Assembly: GCA_042216675.1 (NCBI GenBank)
Contig: JBDGTS010000054.1
Span: 1-32,057, forward strand
Length of the DNA stretch: 32,057 nucleotides
Direction: 5' to 3'
Source: Halobacteriaceae archaeon
GTDB lineage: Archaea > Halobacteriota > Halobacteria > Halobacteriales > Halobacteriaceae
Below, piece by piece: positions 1-7,983 of this stretch. A program made the position numbers and the translations under genes. The notes under the pieces were generated by a model. It was given only the letters and a program-made list of their open reading frames with translations, was not told the origin of the DNA and ran no database searches. How positions within the stretch are numbered: position 1 is the stretch's first letter; every line of letters begins with the position of its first letter.

Positions 1-1795
1 CGATGCCGAGCGCCTTCATCTCGTCGAGCAGGAGCTTGAACGCGTAGCTCATCTCCAGCTCGTGGACGTCGGTCTCCTCCCCGCAGTTCGGGCAGTAAAC
101 CCGGCGTTGCTCGACGTTCTCGACCGCGCTCATCCCACACTGCGCACAGACGTGGACGTACTCACGGTCGGACTCGTCGAGGAGCCGTTCTTTCAGCGCC
201 ATCGCGGCGCCGTGGCCGATCAGCACGTCGCGCTCCATCTCGCCGACGCGGAGGCCACCCTCACGGGCACGCCCCTCGGTGGGCTGGCGGGTGAGGACCT
301 GCACCGGCCCCTTCGAGCGAGCGTGGATCTTGTTCGACACCATGTGGTACAGCTTGTGGTAGAAGATGGTGCCGACGAAGATCTCGGCCTCGATCTTCTC
401 GCCGGAGACGCCGGAGTACATGACCTCCTTGCCGGAGGACTCGAAGCCGTTCTCTTCGAGCGCGTCGCGGAGTTCGTCCTCGTCCTCGCCGGTGAAGGCG
501 GTGCCGTCGACGCGGCGACCCTCGATGGCGCCGACCTTGCCGCCGAGCATCTCGAGGACGTGGCCGACGGTCATGCGCGAGGGGAGCGCGTGCGGGTTCA
601 ACACGAGGTCGGGGACGACGCCCTCGCCCGTGAACGGCATGTCCTCGTGGGGGGCGAGGTGGCCGACCACGCCCTTCTGACCGTGACGGGACGCGAACTT
701 GTCGCCGAGTTCGGGGATGCGCTCGTCGCGCACCGAGACCTTGGCGAGTTTGGAGCCGTCTTCGCCCTCCATCAGCGTGACCGTGTCGACGACGCCGTCC
801 TCGCCCGAGCGCATGGTGACGCTCGTCTCGCGGCGCTTCTGGGGCGAGAGCCCGCCCATGTCGTCCGGCTCTTCGAGGAACCGGGGCGGGGAGGTCTTGC
901 CCAGCAGGACCGAGTTCTCGTCGACGACCGTCTCGGGATTGACGAGGCCGTCGTCGTCGAGGTGTGTGTAGGCGTCCTCGCCACGACTGCCCCGCACGTC
1001 GGTGTCGGGGATCTCGAAGCGGTCCTCCTGACCGCCGGGGTAGCGGCGTTCCTCGCCCTCGTAGGTGCGGAAGAAGTGCGAGCGGGAGAGGGCGCGCTCG
1101 ACCGACCCCTTGTTCATGACGAGTGCGTCCTCGATGTTGAAGCCCTCGTAGGACATGACGGCGACGACGAAGTTCTGCCCGGCGGGACGCTCGTCGTAGC
1201 CGATCTGCTCGGTCGTCTGGGTGTTGACCATCGCCGCCTGCGGGTAGTGCAGGAGGTGCTGGCGGGTGTCCGGCCGGATGCGGTAGTTGGCGGCCGGCAG
1301 CCCCAGCGACTGCTTCATCATCCCCGCGCCCATGGTAATGCGGGGGCTGGCGTTGTGTTCCGGGTACGGAACCATCCCCGCGCCGATGCCGAAGATGAGT
1401 TGCGGGTCGATTTCGAGGTGGGTGTGGTTCTCGGTGAGGTCTTCCTCGTCGACGGCGACGAGGATGTCTTCTTCCTCCTCGGCGTCGATGAACTCGACGC
1501 TCCCGTTCTCGACGAGGTCCTCGAAGTCGAGGTCGTCGGACTGGATGCCCTCGATTTCTTCCTCGGTGACGAGGGGCTCGCCGTCCTCGACGACGATGAG
1601 CGGGCGGCGCGCCCGGCCGGCGTCGGCGTTGATGATGACTTCGCGGGTGCGCTCCTTCACCGAGACGTTGACCATCTCGCTCACGTCGCCGCGGCGGCGC
1701 GCCTCGCGGACCTGTTCCGCGAGTTCGTCGGGGTCGGGGTGCGTACCGATGAGGCTACCGTTGACGTAGACTTTCGCTTCTCGTTGTTGGCTCAT
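1..1795 (-). CDS. rpoB1: DNA-directed RNA polymerase subunit B' (Rpo2 C-terminal half); 3' end runs off the window
   Basis: Not in the ORF track because there is no stop in the window. Read by hand from the ATG at 1795: [19 protein letters not shown]..., with [39 protein letters not shown] and [17 protein letters not shown] near position 1. Starts 1 nt after the rpoB'' stop. Confidence 0.97.
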   Translation of the reverse strand, partial: MSQQREAKVYVNGSLIGTHPDPDELAEQVREARRRGDVSEMVNVSVKERTREVIINADAGRARRPLIVVEDGEPLVTEEEIEGIQSDDLDFEDLVENGSVEFIDAEEEEDILVAVDEEDLTENHTHLEIDPQLIFGIGAGMVPYPEHNASPRITMGAGMMKQSLGLPAANYRIRPDTRQHLLHYPQAAMVNTQTTEQIGYDERPAGQNFVVAVMSYEGFNIEDALVMNKGSVERALSRSHFFRTYEGEERRYPGGQEDRFEIPDTDVRGSRGEDAYTHLDDDGLVNPETVVDENSVLLGKTSPPRFLEEPDDMGGLSPQKRRETSVTMRSGEDGVVDTVTLMEGEDGSKLAKVSVRDERIPELGDKFASRHGQKGVVGHLAPHEDMPFTGEGVVPDLVLNPHALPSRMTVGHVLEMLGGKVGAIEGRRVDGTAFTGEDEDELRDALEENGFESSGKEVMYSGVSGEKIEAEIFVGTIFYHKLYHMVSNKIHARSKGPVQVLTRQPTEGRAREGGLRVGEMERDVLIGHGAAMALKERLLDESDREYVHVCAQCGMSAVENVEQRRVYCPNCGEETDVHELEMSYAFKLLLDEMKALGI

Positions 1796-1796
1796 G

Positions 1797-3359
1797 TTAG
1801 TCGTCTGCGGGTGTTTGGGGAGTGTTGATGCCGGGGATGCCCTCGACGCCCATCGACGAGAGCTCCCGTTTCAGTTCGCTCTCGTCGTCGACGTGGCCCG
1901 AGAGCTCCATCGCCTGTGCGAAGTTCTTCACGAGGCCGCAGTTCGGACCCTCCGGGGTCTCGGAGGGGCAGATGCGACCCCACTGGGTCGCGTGCAGGTC
2001 GCGGGCCTCGAAGTGTGGCTGCGAGCGCGAGAGGGGAGAGCGCAGCCGTCGCAGGTGAGAGAGAACGCCCATGTGGTCGGTGCGGTCGACCAGTTGGGAG
2101 ACGCCGGAGCGGCCGCCGACCCAGTTGCCAGTCGCGATGGGGTGTTCGAGGCGCTCGGTCAGCACGTCGGAGCGGACGACGGTGTTGACGGTGAGCTGTC
2201 GGTTGCGCATGTTGGCGCGTTCGAGTTGGTACTTCACGTCGCGCGCCAACTTGTTGAGCGCCGTGCGGAACAGGTCCTTCATCAGGTCGCCCGAGACCTT
2301 CAGGCGCTTGTTGGCGTAGTGGTCCTTGTCGTCGGGTTCGCGCCGGCCGAGCGCGAGTTCGAAGCAGGCCTCGGCCATGCGGCAGAGGTAGTACGCCTTG
2401 TTGATGCGGACCTCCTCCTCCTCGACGCCGTCCTCGTGGAGGTGCGGGAGCAGGTAGCGGTCGATGACGTAGTTCGCGCGTTTGAGCTGGTAGTTCTTGC
2501 CCTGGCCCTTCGCGACGCGCTTCCCGAGCGTCTCGATGGCCTCCTCGGTGGTCTGGACCTCGGTCTCCTCCAGATTCTCGAGCATGAACTTCACGATCTC
2601 CGGGTCGTCGGAGACGCGGTGGACGATCTCCTCGTCGGCTTCGAGGCCGAGCGCCCGGACGATGGTGACGAAGTCGATGGAGCCGGAGACCGAGGGGAAC
2701 GACACTTCGAGCAGGCCGTCGCGGCCACGCTCCACGAGGACGAGCGCGCGGTAGCCACGGCGCTGCGAGAACGTCTTGGCGACCTGAATCTCGTCGCCGT
2801 AGCGGGTGTCGTACTCCGCGAGGATCTTGTTCGGCGCGAGGTCCTCGCTCGTCATCAGCACGCGCTCGGAACCGTTGACGATGAAGTAGCCGCCGGGGTC
2901 GGCGGGGTCCTCGCCGATTTCGACGAGTTCCTCGTCGCTGAAGCCGGCGATGTTACACTTATCCGAGCCGACCATGATGGGCATGCGGCCCACCTTCGTC
3001 TCGGTGGTGTCGAGGACTTCCTCCTCGGTTTCCTCGCCGCCGCGGACGATGGTCATCTCCATGAACGCCGGCGCGGCGTAGGTGATGTTGCGGAGGCGCG
3101 CTTCCTGTGGGTACAGCAGTTCCTCGCTGCCGTCGGCCTCCCGGACGCGGGGCGTGACGATGCGGACGTCGCCGAGGCGGACGAAGACCGGTTCCTCGTC
3201 CTCCTTGTCGCCGATGTCCGTTTCGATGGTCCCTTTCTCGTCGACGACTTCCTGCATGCCGCGGTCGAGGAAGTCGTTGAACGAGCGGTAGTGATGCTCT
3301 GCGAGTCGTTCTTTCGAGAAGTAGGCACGCGACAGCGCCCGTTTGTTTTCCATTTGCAT
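1797..3359 (-). CDS. rpoB2: DNA-directed RNA polymerase subunit B'' (Rpo2 N-terminal half)
   Basis: Motifs [52 protein letters not shown]; split rpoB typical of haloarchaea. Alternative ATG at 3353. Confidence 0.97.
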   Translation of the reverse strand: MQMENKRALSRAYFSKERLAEHHYRSFNDFLDRGMQEVVDEKGTIETDIGDKEDEEPVFVRLGDVRIVTPRVREADGSEELLYPQEARLRNITYAAPAFMEMTIVRGGEETEEEVLDTTETKVGRMPIMVGSDKCNIAGFSDEELVEIGEDPADPGGYFIVNGSERVLMTSEDLAPNKILAEYDTRYGDEIQVAKTFSQRRGYRALVLVERGRDGLLEVSFPSVSGSIDFVTIVRALGLEADEEIVHRVSDDPEIVKFMLENLEETEVQTTEEAIETLGKRVAKGQGKNYQLKRANYVIDRYLLPHLHEDGVEEEEVRINKAYYLCRMAEACFELALGRREPDDKDHYANKRLKVSGDLMKDLFRTALNKLARDVKYQLERANMRNRQLTVNTVVRSDVLTERLEHPIATGNWVGGRSGVSQLVDRTDHMGVLSHLRRLRSPLSRSQPHFEARDLHATQWGRICPSETPEGPNCGLVKNFAQAMELSGHVDDESELKRELSSMGVEGIPGINTPQTPADD

Positions 3360-3586
3360 TATTCGATGACGAGTCGGTAAACTGTCGCTTCGTCTGTGGT
3401 TCGCGAGTCCCGTACGATTTCGACGATGTCACCCGGTTCCGCCGCCTCGGGCAGGGCCGGGTCGTCGAGCTTGATTTTCGGCAGTGCGGTCCGCGTCACG
3501 TCGTACTCGTCGAGCACAGCCTCGGCGGCGTCGTCGTCGAGGACGTTGTGCTCGGGAACGAGTTCGTGTTGGCTTACATCTACCAT
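3359..3586 (-). CDS. rpoH: DNA-directed RNA polymerase subunit H (Rpo5)
   Basis: [13 protein letters not shown]...[10 protein letters not shown]...[12 protein letters not shown]...YRLVIE. Start moved to the ATG at 3586 (75 aa); first gene of the rpoH-B''-B' operon. Confidence 0.96.
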   Translation of the reverse strand: MVDVSQHELVPEHNVLDDDAAEAVLDEYDVTRTALPKIKLDDPALPEAAEPGDIVEIVRDSRTTDEATVYRLVIE

Positions 3587-3713
3587 GGGTGCAACTGGCT
3601 GTGGGCAGAAGCGGTCACGAGATACTACAGGTGAATTCAACCCCCGGATTCATAACTCTTGCTACCCACGCACGGGTGCGCGACCCGTCCCCACGCCGTG
3701 GGGGACTCGTTTG

Positions 3714-3726
3714 GAAAGTCTTAAGG
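3714..3726 (+). promoter_or_regulatory. Putative BRE/TATA promoter of tRNA-Asp
   Basis: GAAAGTCTTAAGG (purine-rich BRE-like run plus TTAA box) about 30-40 nt upstream of the mature tRNA 5' end. Confidence 0.55.
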
Positions 3727-3756
3727 CTGTAAGCCGGATACGAAGAGATGCGTCAG

Positions 3757-3829
3757 GCCCGGGTGGTGTAGTGGCCCATCATACGACCCTGTCACGGTCG
3801 TGACGCGGGTTCAAATCCCGCCTCGGGCG
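3757..3829 (+). tRNA. tRNA-Asp (GTC)
   Basis: Acceptor stem GCCCGGG/CTCGGGC, D arm GTGGTGTAGTGGCCCATCAT, anticodon stem CGACC/GGTCG with loop CTGTCAC (GTC at 3791-3793), T arm GCGGG-TTCAAAT-CCCGC, discriminator G, no encoded CCA. Confidence 0.97.
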
Positions 3830-3877
3830 TCCCGTTTTCCGCGAGGCGTTTCATCGCCGAGCGACAGGTGACGACGA

Positions 3878-3943
3878 GCGGGATTTGAACGAAAGAACGC
3901 GAGTGCAACGAGCGTTCGAGTGGTTCAAATCCCGCCTCGGGCG
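3878..3943. repeat. Palindromic unit 1 carrying a direct copy of the tRNA-Asp 3' end
   Basis: GCGGGATTTGAAC (3878-3890) is the inverted repeat of GTTCAAATCCCGC (3923-3935); 3922-3943 is identical to tRNA 3808-3829. Confidence 0.9.
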
Positions 3944-4017
3944 CTTTCTGCCGCGAACAACGTCGACGAGCACCGCGTCGCGTGTGCTCGTCACCGTGAG
4001 CGGCGAAACGTACCGAA

Positions 4018-4075
4018 GGGATTTGAAGCAGGGAGCGGCTCCGCCGCGACCGGGGTTCAAATCCCGCCTCGGGCG
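4018..4075. repeat. Palindromic unit 2 carrying a direct copy of the tRNA-Asp 3' end
   Basis: GGGATTTGAA (4018-4027) is inverted to TTCAAATCCC (4056-4065); 4053-4075 is identical to tRNA 3807-3829. Confidence 0.9.
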
Positions 4076-4251
4076 CTGTCTTCTTCCGACGACAACTGAT
4101 TTCGGAGAGCGGTTGCGCCGTCTCGACCCACCCCTTTCAGTCCCGCCCGGCGGTCGCGTTAGTCGGCGCCTATTGGTGGCGAGGTCCGTCTCGCACGGGC
4201 AGTCGAATCGGCGGATTGCGCCGGTGTGTGCGGCGTGGCCGTGCGCCGTGA

Positions 4252-4334
4252 AGCTGGCCCGAAGGCGGCGCCCGTCGAGGACCTCCGATGTTGTAGCCGA
4301 CGACGACCGCCACCGGAAACTCCGCGAATATCAC
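4252..4334 (-). pseudogene. Remnant of an inorganic phosphate transporter (PiT family) N-terminus
   Basis: Minus strand reads VAVVVGYNIG(G) and, after a 1-nt deletion, SSTGAAFGPA. This matches the haloarchaeal PiT N-terminal signature G[FY]NIGGSSTG.AFGPA; no continuation. Confidence 0.6.
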
Positions 4335-4557
4335 TCCGTTCGGCCTCCGCCCCCGCGAGAACGTCGTTTGAACGCCGCCGCCCGACGGTACCGAGGACCA
4401 GCGGTCCCGGCGCGCACACTCGCTACTGGCGTGCCATCGGCATCGGCCCCCTCTCTCATGGCCCGTCACAGCTGTCCGTGATGCGGTCAGGCCCGACACG
4501 GGCTCGATTCCTCTCATTTCGCCCCATCGCACGCTCTCGCGTTCCACCGCGGTCCAT

Positions 4558-4695
4558 TCAGGGCTGGTGGCGCTCGATAAGCCGAATTCCGCCCGCGCGC
4601 ACCACCGTGTAAAGGAGGTAGAGAAACACCGCGGCCACCGACGCGAGGCTGGTCCAGACCAGCAGCGCGAACGCAGTTGTTGAGACGTGGCTCAC
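4558..4695 (-). CDS. Small single-pass membrane protein (45 aa) coupled to the symporter
   Basis: GTG start overlaps the symporter TGA (GTGA at 4695-4692). MSHVSTTAFALLVWTSLASVAAVFLYLLYTVVR... has one hydrophobic segment. Confidence 0.6.
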   Translation of the reverse strand: MSHVSTTAFALLVWTSLASVAAVFLYLLYTVVRAGGIRLIERHQP

Positions 4696-6197
4696 GATCG
4701 GCCACCCCGTTGCTCTCCATCGCCCCCGCTGTCCGTTTTCTCGCCCTCCAGCCGTCCCGAAACGTCGTCGAGCGGGACGTGTGAGCCGCCGACGGCGGCG
4801 CTGGCGAGTACCGGCGTCGCAGCGACGAGAAACGCCGCGAAGAAGGCCCGCGCGAACCCCGGGTTCGGGAGCGAGCCGACCGGCCCGCTCGCCGCCCGGA
4901 GGAACGACCGGACCCACGGATCCAGCAGGACGCCCGCGACCATCCCCGCCAGCGAGCCCGTGAGCGCGGCCCGCTCCGTCACGCGGCCGGTGTAGAGACC
5001 GGCGACGACCGGGACGAAGACGGCCGCACAGAGCAAGTCCACCGCCAGAAACAGCTCGATTTCACTCAACTGGAGCGTTCCGACGGCCGTCGCGGCCACG
5101 GCGACGGCTGCGGCGACCAGCCGCTCCTCGACGAGGACGGCCTCGCTCCCAAACCACGAGCTGTCGGTCCGAAGCAGGTCGGTCAACCCTACGAGCAGCG
5201 AGTCGACGGTGCTGCTGACCAGCAGGACCGTGACGGCGACGACCACGACCAGCAACCACGGGGCGAACGCGGCCCGGACGAGCGAGAACAGCGCGACGTT
5301 GGCACGGCCGGTCGCCACCAGCTCTAACCCCACGGCCTGCACCCCGAACAGGCCCGCGAGGAAGACCACCGGGACCGACGCCAGCCCGGCGACGACGAAG
5401 CTTCGTCGAAGCGTCTCCTCGTCGCTTGCGGCGTACACGCGCTCCCAGAACCCTTGATTCGTGGCGTTGGCCGCGAGCACGGCCAGAGCCACCGCGAGTC
5501 CGAAGCGCAGGCCGTCGAGGCTCCAGTCCAGAAGCGACCCGTGATTCCGGACGACGTCGGCGTAGATGGCGTCGGTCCCGCCGAGCACGAGGACGGTCCC
5601 TGCGAGGCCCATCACCAGTACCGGAAGGATGACCAGCACCTGTACCGTGTCGGTCACGATGCTCGCGACGAGGCCGCCGTACCCCACGTAGGCCACCACA
5701 GCGGCACAGAGGAGTCCGGCGGTCACCCACGGTGGCACGCCGGCGACGAATTCGAGCGCCGCGGCGGCCCCGGTCACCTCCGCCGCCAGAAACACGAACA
5801 TGTACACCACCGAGACGACGAGCAACAGCGACGCCATCCGCCGGCCGTAGCGCGCCCGGACGAACGCCACCAGCGAGTGACCGTGGGGGACCAGCCTGCG
5901 GAGGCGCACCCCGAGCGGCACGAACGCCAGCAAGGGGAGCGCGGCCCCCACCGCGTAGCCCGCAATGGCGGGCAGGCCGCCGTAGCTACCGCCCGCCTCG
6001 GCCGGGCTGAACAGCACCCACGCGCCGAGGTTGGTGGCGACGAGAGAGGCTGTCAGCACCGGCGCGCCCACTTCGCCGGGAGCGCTCACCAGCGACTCGG
6101 TCGTCGGCGTCCGGTCGCGGGTGGCCCACAGCCCGATTGCGGTCATGCCGGCGAGAGTGAGCGCGCTCACGCCGACCGCGACTCCAGTGGCAATCAC
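4692..6197 (-). CDS. Sodium:solute symporter (SSS) family transporter
   Basis: 501 aa, many hydrophobic segments, SSS motifs YVGYGGLVASIVTDTVQ, NQGFWERVYAA, VSSTVDSLL. Substrate unknown. Confidence 0.88.
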   Translation of the reverse strand: MIATGVAVGVSALTLAGMTAIGLWATRDRTPTTESLVSAPGEVGAPVLTASLVATNLGAWVLFSPAEAGGSYGGLPAIAGYAVGAALPLLAFVPLGVRLRRLVPHGHSLVAFVRARYGRRMASLLLVVSVVYMFVFLAAEVTGAAAALEFVAGVPPWVTAGLLCAAVVAYVGYGGLVASIVTDTVQVLVILPVLVMGLAGTVLVLGGTDAIYADVVRNHGSLLDWSLDGLRFGLAVALAVLAANATNQGFWERVYAASDEETLRRSFVVAGLASVPVVFLAGLFGVQAVGLELVATGRANVALFSLVRAAFAPWLLVVVVAVTVLLVSSTVDSLLVGLTDLLRTDSSWFGSEAVLVEERLVAAAVAVAATAVGTLQLSEIELFLAVDLLCAAVFVPVVAGLYTGRVTERAALTGSLAGMVAGVLLDPWVRSFLRAASGPVGSLPNPGFARAFFAAFLVAATPVLASAAVGGSHVPLDDVSGRLEGEKTDSGGDGEQRGGRS

Positions 6198-6376
6198 GCG
6201 CCTGCCCTCCTCTGGGCCGCCCTCACCCCCTCGGCGTCCGGGGCCGCCCAGACGCGCTCGGCGTGGTTTAGTACCGTGACCGCGACCACGGCTCCTCGAT
6301 ACGGGCGTCGGGCCGGCGGTCCGAGACGCGCCCCCCGAGGGCGTCGCCGTCCCGGGACGGGGCCGCTCACGACCAT
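6194..6376 (-). CDS. Short hypothetical ORF (60 aa) bridging crtY and the symporter; possibly a deletion scar
   Basis: ATG at 6376 lies inside the crtY 3' end and its TGA overlaps the symporter GTG. Arg/Pro-rich, unlike typical acidic halophilic proteins. Confidence 0.35.
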   Translation of the reverse strand: MVVSGPVPGRRRPRGARLGPPARRPYRGAVVAVTVLNHAERVWAAPDAEGVRAAQRRAGA

Positions 6377-7134
6377 CCGTCTCGGACCCACCGCGCCAGT
6401 ATCAGTCCCTGAACCACGAACAGGTTCGTGGTGAGGAAGAACAGCGCCTCCTCGACGGGGAGGCCGGCGACGGTGACCCCGGTCGTGTACCTCGCTGAGA
6501 GCTCCCAGACGCCCTGATGGATAGCGATCCGATCCACACCCGAAAGGTAGAGCGTCGGCACCGCGGCACCCAGCGCGACCGTCCGGTAGCGGTCACGGAG
6601 CGCGGGCGCGCCGACGCCCCACTGGAGCGCGAGCACCGGTGCCGCCCACGCGAGGATGGCCCCCAAGTAGAACGTCGCGTCGGTCCCGAGTAGCCACCAA
6701 CCGACGGCGAACAGCACGGTCGCCCCGACGACGCCGGCGATTCGCTCGGTGTGTCTGTGCTGCCCGCTTCGGCTTCTCACGGTCGGGGGGTTCCGCCCCG
6801 CCGGGAGCGCCGAAAGCCAGAGCGCGGTCAAGACGGTCTGCCCGCCGAAGAACACGTACTCCGAGACGGGCGCGTAGTTCAGTCGGGCGAGGGTCCGCCC
6901 CGGACCGTACTCCCAGACGCCCTGTGCGATGAGGTAGTTGTCCCACGGTGCGGTGTAGGCGACCGCCAACCCGACCAGCAGCGCCACGTCCGCCCAGTAC
7001 GCCAGTGCGGCACCGCGGACCCAGACGGTCCGCCGGGTCGAACGACGGCGGGCCACGGTAGTGACTGCCGCCAACAGCAGTAGTGCCGGCAGGGTGAACG
7101 CCGCGTGGAACTGTGGATAGGTCAGGCCGCTCAT
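6367..7134 (-). CDS. crtY: Lycopene beta-cyclase (fused CrtYc/d type)
   Basis: Two repeated membrane domains with YTAPWDNYLIAQGVWEY...PVSEYVFF and DRIAIHQGVWEL...GLPVEEALFF; directly downstream of the opsin. Confidence 0.92.
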   Translation of the reverse strand: MSGLTYPQFHAAFTLPALLLLAAVTTVARRRSTRRTVWVRGAALAYWADVALLVGLAVAYTAPWDNYLIAQGVWEYGPGRTLARLNYAPVSEYVFFGGQTVLTALWLSALPAGRNPPTVRSRSGQHRHTERIAGVVGATVLFAVGWWLLGTDATFYLGAILAWAAPVLALQWGVGAPALRDRYRTVALGAAVPTLYLSGVDRIAIHQGVWELSARYTTGVTVAGLPVEEALFFLTTNLFVVQGLILARWVRDGWS

Positions 7135-7178
7135 GCTGGGGAGACCGTGTAGGGGTCGGGGACGAGCGCCCGTCGAGC

Positions 7179-7925
7179 TCAGTCGGCGGCCGCGCCCGCA
7201 CTCGAAGCGCTACTCACGGCGTCGAGCGCGTCCCGGCTGGACAGCAGGATGAGGCCGAACCCGACCTTCGCGGTCAGGTCGAGCACCATGAACCCCGCCG
7301 TCTCGACGTAGATGTCGACGACGCCGAGCCCCTCGGTGCCGACCAGCCACCAGACCGGGTAGAGCAGCCAGACCACCACGATCAGCGTCCGGAGCGTGCT
7401 GAACGTCGAGCGGACGTCCGGTCCGAGTTCGTCCACCTTGTCGTCGAGCGTGCCGTACAGCATGTACAGCAACACGAGCAGGAAGCCCGTGCTGACGCCC
7501 CACCAGACGAGCCGTCGCGCGCCGACGCTCAGCGCGCCCGCGCCCGCTGAGAGGGTCGCGATGGCGCCGGTGCCGATCATCAGCATGTCTAGCCCGACGA
7601 GGCTGGCGAGTTGGTTCCGCGTCGCCCCGGCGAGGAGACCGAGGTCGATCAACAGCAGCGGTGTGGTGAAAAACCAGTCCGTGTACCGCGCCCAGTAGAT
7701 CGGCAGTTGCTCGCCGCCGATCTCGATCATCGTCAGGCCGAACCCCAGCGCCATCGCGAGATAGTTCACGAACGCGATGGCGGTGATGAATATTGTCACG
7801 ATGTAGAATTCCTGTCTGCGTTCGTCGGTCTCGCCCCAGCCACGGGCGATGAAGTACAGCATCCCGACGAACATTCCGACTGTGCCGATCCACAACCATA
7901 TCTGCTCCTGCCCTGGAACTGGCAT
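7179..7925 (-). CDS. bop: Bacteriorhodopsin-family light-driven proton pump (cruxrhodopsin-like)
   Basis: 7-TM opsin. Helix [20 protein letters not shown] gives R80/D83/T87/D94 (BR R82/D85/T89/D96, DTD motif); GTEG and VET glutamates; helix [11 protein letters not shown] with the retinal lysine. N-terminus [12 protein letters not shown] lacks the H. salinarum propeptide. Confidence 0.96.
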   Translation of the reverse strand: MPVPGQEQIWLWIGTVGMFVGMLYFIARGWGETDERRQEFYIVTIFITAIAFVNYLAMALGFGLTMIEIGGEQLPIYWARYTDWFFTTPLLLIDLGLLAGATRNQLASLVGLDMLMIGTGAIATLSAGAGALSVGARRLVWWGVSTGFLLVLLYMLYGTLDDKVDELGPDVRSTFSTLRTLIVVVWLLYPVWWLVGTEGLGVVDIYVETAGFMVLDLTAKVGFGLILLSSRDALDAVSSASSAGAAAD

Positions 7926-7944
7926 GATACGTGTTTACACCTCC

Positions 7945-7983
7945 CGTGTGTGCCAGTAAATCTCATATGCAACCTGTTAGGTT
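7945..7983 (-). promoter_or_regulatory. Candidate bop promoter: UAS-like palindrome plus TATA-like element
   Basis: Minus strand AACCT-AAC-AGGTT palindrome (7983-7971), then ATTTAC (7961-7956) and alternating GCACACAC, 20-58 nt upstream of the bop ATG. Confidence 0.45.

Noticed and set aside
62-3380. Long plus-strand ORFs 62-1828 and 1794-3380
   Set aside because: Antisense shadows of rpoB' and rpoB'', expected in high-GC DNA; no recognisable motifs.
3807-4075. CRISPR array interpretation of the three 22-23 nt repeats
   Set aside because: Repeats are the tRNA 3' end, intervening segments are about 90-110 nt and self-complementary, and no cas genes are present.
3878-4075. Additional tRNA genes in the repeat units
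   Set aside because: Only the T arm and 3' acceptor strand are present; no 5' acceptor strand, D arm or anticodon arm.
7179-7925. Halorhodopsin or sensory rhodopsin assignment
   Set aside because: DTD motif and proton-release glutamates are intact and there is no transducer gene, so a proton pump is the supported call.
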